64,000 nt of DNA, from the NCBI GenBank assembly GCA_900549415.1, contig URNX01000004.1, positions 19,967 through 83,966 on the forward strand, given 5' to 3'. The notes under the pieces are model-generated. The model saw only the letters and a list, made by a program, of their open reading frames with translations, was not told the DNA's origin and searched no databases. The translations under genes were made by a program, and so were the position numbers. Origin of the DNA: an uncultured bacterium (GTDB lineage: Bacteria > Verrucomicrobiota > Lentisphaeria > Victivallales > UBA1829). This document shows, in pieces, positions 54,116 to 63,788 of the stretch (the first letter of the stretch is position 1; every line of letters starts with the position of its first letter).

Positions 54116-55372
54116 TCAGGGTTTTCCCTGTTGTTTGCGGTAATGCTGTGTGCCGAAAAACTTGAGATCGGCTGCGGGGAGCACCATGCCTCCGCGTTTG
54201 AGGATTCCGCCTTCGCGGAGGACATCCAGCATGGCGCGGCGCATGGAGTTGTCGGCCGGATAGGAGAGCGGATCTCCATCCATGCGGCCGAAAAGGAAGA
54301 AGAGTCCATCTCTGCCGTCTCCGATTTCATGCGGATAGAGGTATCCTTCGCGGAGGAATGCCGCAATGTTGGATTCGGGAAGGCGTTTTTCCCACTCCGG
54401 GTTGAGAATCCAGGAGTTGCAGGTAAACAGCCGGATTTCCTTATGGAAAAAGGACCGGAAAAAGGCGAGGGCCTGGTTGAGAGAGTCGCGCAGGCGTTCG
54501 GGAGTCATGCCGCCACCGCCGGGGATGTGGATTTCGAGAATCGTCTCCCACGGGGAGATGAGCGGTTTCCATTCCGAATCGCTGAGAGTCACGGTTTTTC
54601 CGGGGAGGGCGACTCCGAGCGGGGATATCGGAATGCCCGTGACAGAACCGTCGATATGATCGAGGGTCGTTTTGAATGCCGCATCAGGGGAATCCATGCG
54701 GACGCGCAGACCGTCTTTGTTGAGGAACCAGCCGTCGCCGCAGAGGAGCAGAGAGCGTCCCTCCGCATTGCGGTAGATCGCCGGAACATGGCTGGGAACT
54801 GTCGTCATTTTGAATTCGAGGCGTCCGATGCGGAAGAGCGTTCCGTCGATGGAGCAGCGGAGCCAGCGGATCTGGTTCAGGAGGAATCCGGGCAGATTTC
54901 CATGGCTTTGATTGAAAAGCAGGGAGCTGCCGCCGATCCAGCTTGCGGAATCCGCCGCGTAATGCTCCGGAATGCCGTATCTGCGATGAGTCGCTTCGAT
55001 CATCGGTATCGCCGCGGTCGCCACCATAAGAAATAAGACGCCGGCATCGTCGCCGAAAACCTTTTCGGGGAGGGGGAGGGCGTCCGGGGTGTTGTTGTCG
55101 CGTGTATGGAGATAGATCCGGCTGAGATAGCGCGCAAGCGTCCGCACCTCCGGGTTCTGTTCCGCAATGGCGGAAATTCGCCGGATGGCAGGCATGGCGT
55201 CGATCCTGCAGCGGGTCTGCGGATAGTATTTTTCCTGAAATGCGATTGTGAGGAATTCGGGCGTTTCGGAAGAACGTTCATCCGCTTCGTTCCAGCCGCA
55301 GTTCCGGAGCATGGTTTCGGTTTCGGCGGAATAGCCGAAGAATCTGCAGATGCGGGCGAGTTCCATAATCAT
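54116..55372 (-). CDS. Hypothetical protein, possibly an N-acyltransferase-like two-domain protein
   Basis: About 418 aa. I have only a weak recollection of similarity to NAT_N plus GNAT-like-C 'acyltransferase domain-containing' proteins. The start at 55372 gives an ATGA overlap with the amidohydrolase stop. Confidence 0.4.
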   Translation of the reverse strand: MIMELARICRFFGYSAETETMLRNCGWNEADERSSETPEFLTIAFQEKYYPQTRCRIDAMPAIRRISAIAEQNPEVRTLARYLSRIYLHTRDNNTPDALPLPEKVFGDDAGVLFLMVATAAIPMIEATHRRYGIPEHYAADSASWIGGSSLLFNQSHGNLPGFLLNQIRWLRCSIDGTLFRIGRLEFKMTTVPSHVPAIYRNAEGRSLLLCGDGWFLNKDGLRVRMDSPDAAFKTTLDHIDGSVTGIPISPLGVALPGKTVTLSDSEWKPLISPWETILEIHIPGGGGMTPERLRDSLNQALAFFRSFFHKEIRLFTCNSWILNPEWEKRLPESNIAAFLREGYLYPHEIGDGRDGLFFLFGRMDGDPLSYPADNSMRRAMLDVLREGGILKRGGMVLPAADLKFFGTQHYRKQQGKP

Positions 55373-56190
55373 AAACCTTTGAGACCGAGCCATTCGGCGA
55401 CGGTTTTTCCCATGACGGCATCGTGGAGTTCGCGGTCTGCACCGATTTTGCGGAGAATCTGTTCATAATGAAGTTTTCCCTGCGTTTGAGTGTTGGGTGC
55501 ATTGATGTAGCAGTCGGTTCCTAAAACGAGCTTGCGGAAGTACTGCGCATTGTCCTTGCAGAGGAAAATCGCGGGTTTTAGCAGTTTAGTGAGCTCTTCG
55601 GCGGAGAGAGCCTGCCAGGAGCCGCAGCCGGCAAGGTCTGCGTAGACGTTGGGGTGCAGCTTGATCATTTCCGCAGCCTGAAGACGCCAGAATCCCGTGC
55701 CGAGGTGTGCAATGACGATTTTAAGTTTCTGGAATGAGCGAGCCGGGCGGTCGAGATTGACGGGATCCATGTTCTTGAGCGTAGGGCGGCGCTGGATCAT
55801 GTGGTGTGGCGCCGGGCGGTAGTTGCCGGTGTGGAAGAGCATGGGAATGCCGAGTTTTTCACATTCTTCGTAAAGCGGCATGTAGAGGTCATGGTCGTAA
55901 GGATGCCAGGGGTCTATGCACTTTACGCCTTTCGCGCCGAGATCGACAAGCCTGTGCAGTTCCCCGAGATCGGGTTCCTTGTCGGTGAGCTCGATGTTGG
56001 CAAGGGGAATGAGCCACTCCGGATATTCGCGGCATGCGCGGAGTACTGCGTCGTTGCCGGGCCATGCTCCCTCGATGTGCGGACAGTGGCAGAGAGCGGT
56101 GATGCATTCGTTCCTTTCGCAGTTTTTTACAAACTCCCGGACAAGCGCGGGATCTTCCGAATTGAAATGGGCATGAAAATCAAGATTCAC
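55369..56190 (-). CDS. Amidohydrolase-2 family metal-dependent TIM-barrel hydrolase
   Basis: N-terminal MNLDFHAHF (HxH metal motif), then internal LFHTG and VIAHLG blocks. Confidence 0.7.
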   Translation of the reverse strand: MNLDFHAHFNSEDPALVREFVKNCERNECITALCHCPHIEGAWPGNDAVLRACREYPEWLIPLANIELTDKEPDLGELHRLVDLGAKGVKCIDPWHPYDHDLYMPLYEECEKLGIPMLFHTGNYRPAPHHMIQRRPTLKNMDPVNLDRPARSFQKLKIVIAHLGTGFWRLQAAEMIKLHPNVYADLAGCGSWQALSAEELTKLLKPAIFLCKDNAQYFRKLVLGTDCYINAPNTQTQGKLHYEQILRKIGADRELHDAVMGKTVAEWLGLKGL

Positions 56191-56328
56191 GGGATTCTCC
56201 TTTCCTTGAATTGTTCAATGATAATATAGGCGTGAATTTTGCAAAAGCAACGACGATATTGATTGAAGAATGGCATTTTTGATGAAATGGAAAATTTTTC
56301 GCTTTTTCCCCGCGTTCAGTGAGTTGCA

Positions 56329-57192
56329 TTATTCTTTGCTGAACGTTTTCCGGTACTCAAGGGGCGTTTTGTCAAACTTTTCCTTGAACTGGCGGTGAAA
56401 GTTCGGGAGCGTGGCGAATCCGCATTCCCGGGCGAGCTGGGCGACAGGAAGGCCGGTCGTGCGCAACAGCGCGGAGGCGTAGTTCAGGCGCGCTTCGATC
56501 TGAAGTTCCTTGAACGAACATCCCGTTTCTTCGCGGACCACATGCGCGGTGCGGTCCGGACTCAGATTCAGACGCCGGGCGAGGGCGGCGAGTCCGCCTC
56601 CGCGCGTTCCGATATTCTGATGAATGAGGCGGCGGATGAGATCGGCGCGGGAAAGGTCGCTTTCCGTGTATGCGGAGTCGCGCATTTCCGCATGCCATTC
56701 GCGCAGCCGCGCGGCGAGCTGGGCGAGAGCTTCCATGACCAGACGGATTTCCGCTTCATCCGTCGGAGCGAGCCCGCGCACGAGTTCGGGATTGTTGAGC
56801 TGGGGAGCGCGGTAGACCGGAAGGTCGGCGGGCAGCGCGGCGGGCGCGCGGCGGAGCCCCGCGTTAAGAATGCAGAGCAGACGGTTTCCGTTCATGACCG
56901 GCTGAATCCATTCGAGAATTCCCGCACGGCAGATTTTGAGAGCGCCTGAGCGGTACTTCCAGCGTTCCGGAATGAAATCGAGACAATCGAAATTGTAGCA
57001 TTTCTCGACCGTGTCCCGTTTGGCGAGACAGCAGTTCGGTTTTGTGTGCACCTTGCGTCGGACCGCGAGGTTCAGCAGCGGATCCTGAATGTACGCGACG
57101 ACGTCGGTTTTCGTGAAATGTTCAAATGCGGCGATCGCGCGGTCCGGTATTTTCAACATGCTTCGCAACTCCTGTTTTACGGTAAAATACAT
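56329..57192 (-). CDS. AraC family transcriptional regulator
   Basis: C-terminal HTH (LARRLNLSPDRTAHVVREETGCSFKEL...LARECGFATLPNFHRQFKEKFDKTPLEYR). Confidence 0.8.
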   Translation of the reverse strand: MYFTVKQELRSMLKIPDRAIAAFEHFTKTDVVAYIQDPLLNLAVRRKVHTKPNCCLAKRDTVEKCYNFDCLDFIPERWKYRSGALKICRAGILEWIQPVMNGNRLLCILNAGLRRAPAALPADLPVYRAPQLNNPELVRGLAPTDEAEIRLVMEALAQLAARLREWHAEMRDSAYTESDLSRADLIRRLIHQNIGTRGGGLAALARRLNLSPDRTAHVVREETGCSFKELQIEARLNYASALLRTTGLPVAQLARECGFATLPNFHRQFKEKFDKTPLEYRKTFSKE

Positions 57193-57291
57193 GAAACAGC
57201 GGAAAAAGCAACTTTTTCAGCCGGAGAAAATATGGATTTTCCCGGAAAAACGCAGTATAATGTTTAAAAAGCTCAAAAAGGAGGCTTTGCG

Positions 57292-58620
57292 ATGAAGACA
57301 ATTGATTATCAGATTCATGAAGGAATCCCGGTCGTCGCGGAATGCGACGTTCTGGTCGTCGGCGGCGGTCCCGGCGGAACGGGTGCGGCGGTAATGGCGG
57401 CGGAATGCGGCGCGAAAGTCGTTCTCGCGGAACAGCATGGCTGCATGGGCGGAACCGCAGCCTTTGCGGAAATCACTCCGATGATGCGCAATCACTTCGC
57501 GGAAGACGGCGATATCACCCATGCGGAGACGATGGACCGTCCGGTTTATCCGCGCATGATGAAGCAGATGCAGAGTTATCTGTCTGATTTTGATTTTTCG
57601 GAACCCGGGGCGAACTGGAGCAACCGGAAGCTGGTTGTATCCAAGTCTCTGATCTCTCTCGCGATGGAAGACCTCTGCCTGGAAGCGGGCGTGAAACTCT
57701 TCTATCATTTCACACTCGTTGATGTGGTCCGCAAGGGGCGTCGCATTGAGTACGCCGTTTTCCGCACGCGTTCGGGCTATGCCGCGATTCAGGCGAAAAC
57801 ATTCGTCGATGCGAGCGGCAATGCCGATCTTGCCGCTTTTGCCGGCTGCGGATTCGAGTATGGCGACCGTGAACACGGACTCTGCCAGCCCATGACGCTC
57901 TGTTTCAAACTGTCCGGCGTTGACGTCAAGAGCATCAACTGGGATGAGGTGCAGAAACTTTATAAAGAGGCGCGCGAGCGCGGCGAAATCGACTGCAAGC
58001 GCAACGACATTCTGCATATGAGATACGATTTCGAGCCGGGCGTGGTGCACTTCAACACAACCCGCGTCCTCGGCAGATCCGCAGTCGACGGACTTGAATT
58101 TTCGGAAGCGGAAATCGAAGGACGCCGTCAGCTTCGCCAGTTCATCAAGTGGATCCGCAAGGATGTTCCTGCGTTCAAACATTCGCACCTGATGTCGATG
58201 GGCGCGGAGATCGGAGTCCGCGAAAGCCGCCGCGTGAAAGGCCGCGCGTATCTGACGGAGGAGGATTTCAACAACCGCAGCAAGTTTCCGGATGCGATTG
58301 CCCGCTGCAACTACCCGATCGACATTCACAGTGTCAACGGCGGAAGCACGCGCATGGTCTGGATGGGCTGCAACGAGTACTACGAGATCCCGTACGGTTG
58401 TATTGTTCCGGAGGATTGCGACAATCTTCTGGTTGGAGGCCGTCCGATTTCCGTTTCGCACGAGCTCCATTCGAGTTCCCGCGTGATGCCTCCTGCGTGC
58501 AGTGTCGGTCAGGCGGCCGGAGCGGGCTGTGCGCTTGCGGTGAAACGCGGCTGCGATCCCTCCGCGCTCGATGGTCGGGACGTCCGTTCTCTCCTGGTTG
58601 AGCACGGCGCCTGGCTCTGA
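57292..58620 (+). CDS. FAD-dependent oxidoreductase (FAD_oxidored/GIDA-like fold)
   Basis: Rossmann dinucleotide motif CDVLVVGGGPGGTGAAVMAAECGAKVVLAEQ. Confidence 0.8.
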   Translation: MKTIDYQIHEGIPVVAECDVLVVGGGPGGTGAAVMAAECGAKVVLAEQHGCMGGTAAFAEITPMMRNHFAEDGDITHAETMDRPVYPRMMKQMQSYLSDFDFSEPGANWSNRKLVVSKSLISLAMEDLCLEAGVKLFYHFTLVDVVRKGRRIEYAVFRTRSGYAAIQAKTFVDASGNADLAAFAGCGFEYGDREHGLCQPMTLCFKLSGVDVKSINWDEVQKLYKEARERGEIDCKRNDILHMRYDFEPGVVHFNTTRVLGRSAVDGLEFSEAEIEGRRQLRQFIKWIRKDVPAFKHSHLMSMGAEIGVRESRRVKGRAYLTEEDFNNRSKFPDAIARCNYPIDIHSVNGGSTRMVWMGCNEYYEIPYGCIVPEDCDNLLVGGRPISVSHELHSSSRVMPPACSVGQAAGAGCALAVKRGCDPSALDGRDVRSLLVEHGAWL

Positions 58621-58637
58621 TTCTTCTCAGGCAGAAC

Positions 58638-58678
58638 AAAAAAACACCGCATCTTCTTTCATGCAGGAAGATGCGGTG
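58638..58678 (-). terminator. Rho-independent terminator after the 1174-aa gene (between convergent genes)
   Basis: Stem caccgcatcttc (58645-58656) pairs with gaagatgcggtg (58667-58678). On the minus strand it is followed by UUUUUUUGUUCUGCC. Confidence 0.6.
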
Positions 58679-58704
58679 GAGGGTTTTCAACCGGGAGGTT
58701 TTGT

Positions 58705-61700
58705 TTACGGCATCAGCACGAGGTCCATGAAGAGACCGGGACGTTTCGGGGCTTCGCCGATTCCGGGAGTGAGCTGGAGGAAACCGGCGCGTCCGTTTTG
58801 CGTTCCGATGTTGACAAGAACGTTCATGCGCATGGAGGCTCCGGCTTCCAGACGGAACGGACTTACGCTTTGGCGCGGGAACGCAAACTCGTAAACCGTG
58901 CGGTCCGGATAGCGGCGGATGGCGACAGGAACATCCTGGAGGAGACCGATCTCTTTTTCCAAACTGTCATAGGTCGCCGCGGAGGCTTTCGTGCGGAAAA
59001 TCACCGGTTTTCCGCTGACCAGAGCGGAGGCGTACTCGAAGTCGTCGTCCTGGTAATCCTTGACCTCTTTCAGGGCGTTGCGGACCGGATCGAAGGCAAA
59101 CTGAATGCCGTCGCCGAGCCAGAGTCCGGAGACTCCGACGGGGGATTCCACATTGTCCCGCTTGAAGACCGTTACGCCGAGATAGAGATGAGCGTCGTCC
59201 CACATGAGCTGCGCGTTCGCACGGATCGCGTCTTCGGCGGAGGTCCAGGGCTTGAGTCTGGTGCGCAGAGACAGCGGAATCTCCTTTGCCTGAGCGTTCC
59301 AGTCGGAGAGATCATCGTCGATCACCGGAGCTTTTTCCGCTTTTGCGGCGAGGATCGCGCGCAGGTTCCAGCTGAATTTCTTTTCCGCGCCGCTGCCGGT
59401 CCGGACCGTCGCCTGGACGGTGTTGTTCTTCAGAGAGACGGGGGAGGGGAGACGGAATGACACTTCTCCGAATTCTTCGGGAGCAATTGCGGGGAATGAC
59501 TGTTTCCTGCCGAGCGTTTCAACGGTTCCGGCGAGCGGTTTGGTTCCGAGATTGAAAATCCGGACTTTGATTTCCCTCTCCGCAACGACGATGGCGTTTG
59601 CGTCAAAGAGGTCGGTTCCCGCGTTCAAATCGGTCTTCCGGATGGCGGCTGCAAGTTCGGCGGCGGAAAGTTCCGTTTCCAGATAGACCGGGAATTCGTT
59701 CAGCTCGATTTCGCCGCTCTTGATTTCCGTCCCCATGACGTCGTAGACTGCGGCGTTTTTGAGTTCGGCGGGGAGTGGCGTTCGGGTCGGTTTCCCGTTC
59801 CACTTCCAGAGCGCGGCAACGCGTTTGTCACCGCGGTCGAAAATGTAACAGCGGTAATTGAATCCGAGCTTGACGCGTCCCGCGGGTGCGGCGTTTTCCA
59901 GACGGTCTGCGGCGTTTTTGCAGGCGAACATGATCGGCGCAGGTATCGGCTGACGTCCGTTGTCGGGGTTGCCCTGAAGCAGGAAGCCCCAGCCGCAGCC
60001 TTCAAAATCCATGGTGAAAGTGAAGTGATAATACTGCCGGAGACCGTTTCCGAATCCGATCAGCATCATGCGGGTGTTGTAGGCGACGCGCTGACGTTCG
60101 AAATCGGGGATCCGGTTGTTGTCGGGGAAGAGGGCGAACGAGCGTTCGCCGGCTTCGGTCGCGGTGACCGGGAAGTTCGGTTTGTACTTGCCGGCGACTT
60201 TCTGAAGCGTCTGAAGTTCCGGTTCGTAATCGGGGAGTTCGGGGAGCTGACGGTACGGATGTTCCGTGATGACGTCGAGCCCCTTTGCTCCGCCTTTCGC
60301 GAGCATGGAGGAGGTCCACGCAATATCCGTGTGGCAGCTTGCGGGGCCGGCAACTTTCGCATCCGGATCGCCCGCTTTGACCGCTTCGGCGAGTTCGCGG
60401 ATGATGAGTGCATTGACTTCCGGAGTCATCTCGTAATATTTGGAGGGATCGGGATTCTTCATCCGTCCGCCCCAGATGTTGGTTTCATTCAGCATTTCAT
60501 AAATCTGAACTTTGCCGCGGTACTGCGTCGCGAGTCCGTTAAGAGCTTTTTTCCACGCGGTGAAGTCTTTCGGAATCATCGGCCAGGTGGCAAAGCCTTC
60601 CGAGCCGCAGCACATCATGAGGAAGAATCCGTTTTTGTGGAATTCCTCCACATCGCGGAATCCGGTGTTCGGCGTTCTGCGGTAGGTCGACCAGAGACGC
60701 AGCGCGCCGATCCGGAAATCCTTCAGAAGCGGAATGGATTTGTGAATGTTGCTGCTGCCCGGCATGTAGTTGACGCCGATTCGGTGACTCAGCTTTCCGG
60801 GTTTTTCCGCGATTCCGAAGTAAACTCCCGCCTGTTTTCCGCCGACGTTGAACAGCAGGTTCGCCGCGCCGCGCAAATTCTCCGGAGGAGTGACGGAGAC
60901 CGTCCGCTTTGCCGTTCCCTTTGCTTCGACTTTGATTTTTCCCGCGTTTCCTGTCATGACGGTTTTGCCGAAGAAGTCTTTCATCTCCCAGCGGATTTCC
61001 GCGTTTTCCGCTTTGCCCGCGGTATTGCGGAGGGTCAGTTCCGTTTGAACGGGAGTGCCGGGACGATAGTATCCTTTTGGTTCGTCGATTTTTGCGGAGA
61101 GCAGAATTCCGGTTTCCGGAGTGAATTTGCTGTGTCCGCCGATGCTGTACGCGGCGTCGTCAATCCAGATTGTGCCGCCGAGGGAGCTTAGGTGTGGGGA
61201 AACGAAATTCGTTACGCTCGCGTATCCGGTCGCCGGATTGCCGAACATGTATATGCCTTCGGGTTTCTTTCCCCATTCGGGAATGAAGAGTTCGCATCGG
61301 GTCCATTCCGTTCCGACTCTGAACTGCTTTGAGTAAGCCTGTCCGTTGCCGAGGAAGAGTCCGATATCGATCTGCTGGTTCGGTCTTTCACCCTTGACCC
61401 AGCAGGAGAACGAGGCGCTTTTGCCGACGACGAACGGGACCGGATTCAGATTGAAGCGTCCGTAGCTCTTCGGTTCGCGGGTGAGGCGGAAGGAATAGTT
61501 TCCGCTGCGCTTCACCTTGTCGTCGAGCGCGACTTTGAGCTCCTTGTCCCAGAAATGGTTGCGTCCGTCGGAGATGAGATTGTTGTCCGCCATCTTGAGA
61601 AATTCAAAACCGTTGATTCCGGTCGCATACCATCCGCGTTCGGCTCCGCCGTTGAGAATGTGATTGACCGAGGAGTCGAGTTTTTCCTCCTGTTTGACGG

Positions 61701-62229
61701 AGATTTTTGCGGATTTGATTCTGTAGACCGCCGATTTGTGCAGATCCGCGCGGATGCAGATGTTGTTCATATCCTCCGGAGCCGGATGCGTGACGGTGAA
61801 GGTTTCGCTTTCACTGGAGACCGGGAAGGTTTTTGCAAAATAAAAATGTTTGTTTTCCTTTCCGCGGTTGCCTTCGAGATAGATGTTGATTTCTCCGGCA
61901 TCCTGGGCTTCCGCCTGAACAGAGGCGTTCAGCATCTTGCCGCGGAACTCATCCATTTTGTATCTTCGGTAGAAACGGGTGACGATTTTTCGTGCGTTCG
62001 GCTGTTTGAAGAATTCGCGCGCATCAAGAACGAATGCTCCGTTTTCACCGGAGACCTTGAGTGTGCGGATCAGCTCTTTGGGTTCGGTCCCGATGCCGAT
62101 GCTGATGTTCTCTGCGGTTCTGCACCAGATGCTGAGTCCGTTGTTGCCTGTTTCGGTCTTTGTGACGTCCAGCGCATAAACGGACGCTGCAAAGAAAGCG
62201 AACGCAAGTAAAAAAAGTTTTTTCTTCAT
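58705..62229 (-). CDS. Large secreted multidomain glycoside hydrolase-like protein (clan GH-A-like TIM barrel, C-terminal CBM9/DOMON-like domain)
   Basis: Signal peptide MKKKLFLLAFAFFAASVYA. Candidate acid/base motif IYEMLNETNIWGG and nucleophile VTATEAGERSF. The C-terminus DDDLSDWNAQAKEIPL...AQLMWDDAHLYLGVTV is CBM9-like. Confidence 0.65.
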   Translation of the reverse strand: MKKKLFLLAFAFFAASVYALDVTKTETGNNGLSIWCRTAENISIGIGTEPKELIRTLKVSGENGAFVLDAREFFKQPNARKIVTRFYRRYKMDEFRGKMLNASVQAEAQDAGEINIYLEGNRGKENKHFYFAKTFPVSSESETFTVTHPAPEDMNNICIRADLHKSAVYRIKSAKISVKQEEKLDSSVNHILNGGAERGWYATGINGFEFLKMADNNLISDGRNHFWDKELKVALDDKVKRSGNYSFRLTREPKSYGRFNLNPVPFVVGKSASFSCWVKGERPNQQIDIGLFLGNGQAYSKQFRVGTEWTRCELFIPEWGKKPEGIYMFGNPATGYASVTNFVSPHLSSLGGTIWIDDAAYSIGGHSKFTPETGILLSAKIDEPKGYYRPGTPVQTELTLRNTAGKAENAEIRWEMKDFFGKTVMTGNAGKIKVEAKGTAKRTVSVTPPENLRGAANLLFNVGGKQAGVYFGIAEKPGKLSHRIGVNYMPGSSNIHKSIPLLKDFRIGALRLWSTYRRTPNTGFRDVEEFHKNGFFLMMCCGSEGFATWPMIPKDFTAWKKALNGLATQYRGKVQIYEMLNETNIWGGRMKNPDPSKYYEMTPEVNALIIRELAEAVKAGDPDAKVAGPASCHTDIAWTSSMLAKGGAKGLDVITEHPYRQLPELPDYEPELQTLQKVAGKYKPNFPVTATEAGERSFALFPDNNRIPDFERQRVAYNTRMMLIGFGNGLRQYYHFTFTMDFEGCGWGFLLQGNPDNGRQPIPAPIMFACKNAADRLENAAPAGRVKLGFNYRCYIFDRGDKRVAALWKWNGKPTRTPLPAELKNAAVYDVMGTEIKSGEIELNEFPVYLETELSAAELAAAIRKTDLNAGTDLFDANAIVVAEREIKVRIFNLGTKPLAGTVETLGRKQSFPAIAPEEFGEVSFRLPSPVSLKNNTVQATVRTGSGAEKKFSWNLRAILAAKAEKAPVIDDDLSDWNAQAKEIPLSLRTRLKPWTSAEDAIRANAQLMWDDAHLYLGVTVFKRDNVESPVGVSGLWLGDGIQFAFDPVRNALKEVKDYQDDDFEYASALVSGKPVIFRTKASAATYDSLEKEIGLLQDVPVAIRRYPDRTVYEFAFPRQSVSPFRLEAGASMRMNVLVNIGTQNGRAGFLQLTPGIGEAPKRPGLFMDLVLMP

Positions 62230-62240
62230 CTGAAATCCTG

Positions 62241-62786
62241 TTATTTCTGATTGGCGGAAATCGCGGCGTTGAATATGCGGTAAACGGCGGGCTTGTTGAG
62301 ATCAAGACGGAGCGCAATGCCGTTGACGTCTTCCGGAAGCTGTTTGGTATGAACGATTTCCGAACGTCCGGAAACGGCAAACGGCTGAGCGGTGAAATAG
62401 TGTTTTTTCTCTGTTCCGCGGTTGCCTTCGAGATAGAGATTGACGGCGCCGCTTCCCTCTTCCGCCTGAATCTGAACTTTTGCGGAAGTCTCTTTGCCCT
62501 TGAGAGCGGCGATATTGTTCTTGATGTAGAAGCGTGTGACAATTTTTCGTGCGTCCGGCCGCTTGAAGAATTCGCGGGTATCGATCACCAGCGCACCGTC
62601 TGCGGAGGAGACTTTCAATGTGTTGTAAAGAACTTTCGGTTCCGTTCCGATGGAGATGCCGTACCCTTCGGCGGCTCTTCCGGACCAGAATTTGCCGTTG
62701 TCATTGGCTTTGAGATTGTTGACATCGAGAGCCTGTGCGGAGAGTGCTCCGGCGAGCGCGGCGAGAAGGATGAGGGATTTTTTCAT
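62241..62786 (-). CDS. Secreted single-domain protein paralogous to the N-terminal domain of the downstream 1174-aa protein
   Basis: Signal peptide MKKSLILLAALAGALSAQA. Blocks shared with 58705-62229 are SIGTEPK, TLKVS, REFFK.P.ARKIVTRFY, LYLEGNRG.E.KH and AVYRI. Confidence 0.7.
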   Translation of the reverse strand: MKKSLILLAALAGALSAQALDVNNLKANDNGKFWSGRAAEGYGISIGTEPKVLYNTLKVSSADGALVIDTREFFKRPDARKIVTRFYIKNNIAALKGKETSAKVQIQAEEGSGAVNLYLEGNRGTEKKHYFTAQPFAVSGRSEIVHTKQLPEDVNGIALRLDLNKPAVYRIFNAAISANQK

Positions 62787-62813
62787 GATGACTGCCTTTC
62801 GTTTGGGTGTTTG

Positions 62814-63599
62814 TTAAAAGTCAAGAGCTCCGGTATTGCCCCAGTTGCGGCTTCCGGTCTGTTCCGCCATAAGCCGGTCGCTGTACATTCTGGAATCCGG
62901 GTTCTCGAGCCCTTTCCACGAGCGTTTGCTGACGACATGCCCGTCGAGATAAGCGATGTTCGCATAGAGTGAATGCGGTCTGCCGACCCACAGATGCTGC
63001 GAAGTAAAAACTTCAGCAGAGCCCCCGGCGCTGCCCACACTACTCCCCGAGTATCTATTTGAGGCGGAGGTGTTTAGAAAATCGGAATCAAAGAACATAT
63101 ATGCACGCGACGCCGCTTTGACCATCGTTACTTTTAAGGAGTCCGAACCCCAGGTTTCTGCGGCGACATAACTGAGGCGGGTTGAGGACGTTGAACGGTC
63201 TTCCGGACAGCGGAACGTGTTCCAGGAACCATTGCCGACAGGGGTTCCCGTTGAAGAAGTTTTCGCATTCATATATCTTGTTCCGAATGCGTATGGCCAA
63301 TGGTATTTGATTGAATAGCGATGCCCCGGCACTTCCCAGGAAGAGACCGACAGAATCGGCGGCATGGCATAATCGTTGAAATCGTTTCTGTATGTAGCGG
63401 AAGCTGTGCCGATCTGTTTCAGGTTTGAAGCGCAGGAGATTTTGTGAGCCGTTCTTCTGGCCGAATTCAGCGCGGGCAAGAGCATGACCGCCAGGATTGC
63501 GATGATGGCTATTACCACAAGGAGCTCTATAAGGGTGAATTTACGGATTATCCCTCTGAAACGGAAGGTGTGCGGATGTTGCGGATATTTAATTTTCAT
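62814..63599 (-). CDS. Prepilin-type N-terminal domain / H-X9-DG family protein (pseudopilin-like), copy D
   Basis: N-terminus ...[40 protein letters not shown] and C-terminal [13 protein letters not shown] prefer the ATG at 63599. Confidence 0.85.
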   Translation of the reverse strand: MKIKYPQHPHTFRFRGIIRKFTLIELLVVIAIIAILAVMLLPALNSARRTAHKISCASNLKQIGTASATYRNDFNDYAMPPILSVSSWEVPGHRYSIKYHWPYAFGTRYMNAKTSSTGTPVGNGSWNTFRCPEDRSTSSTRLSYVAAETWGSDSLKVTMVKAASRAYMFFDSDFLNTSASNRYSGSSVGSAGGSAEVFTSQHLWVGRPHSLYANIAYLDGHVVSKRSWKGLENPDSRMYSDRLMAEQTGSRNWGNTGALDF

Positions 63600-63788
63600 C
63601 GTTTGTCGAGCCTTTCTGTCTTTTGTTCGTTTCCCTGTTCGAAAAAGCTTACGTCTATAATTATACGACATTTTAGGGAAAAAGCAACAGGGGAAATGGA
63701 GAAATATATTAGGAATCCTGACAAAAATATACGATATAATGCCAAATGCATTTTCCCTCTGTATTTTCCGGGGCGCGGGGGGAAGTCT

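Noticed and set aside
57217-58605. 462-aa minus-strand ORF
   Set aside because: It is antisense to the FAD-dependent oxidoreductase, which has a canonical GGGPGG Rossmann motif.
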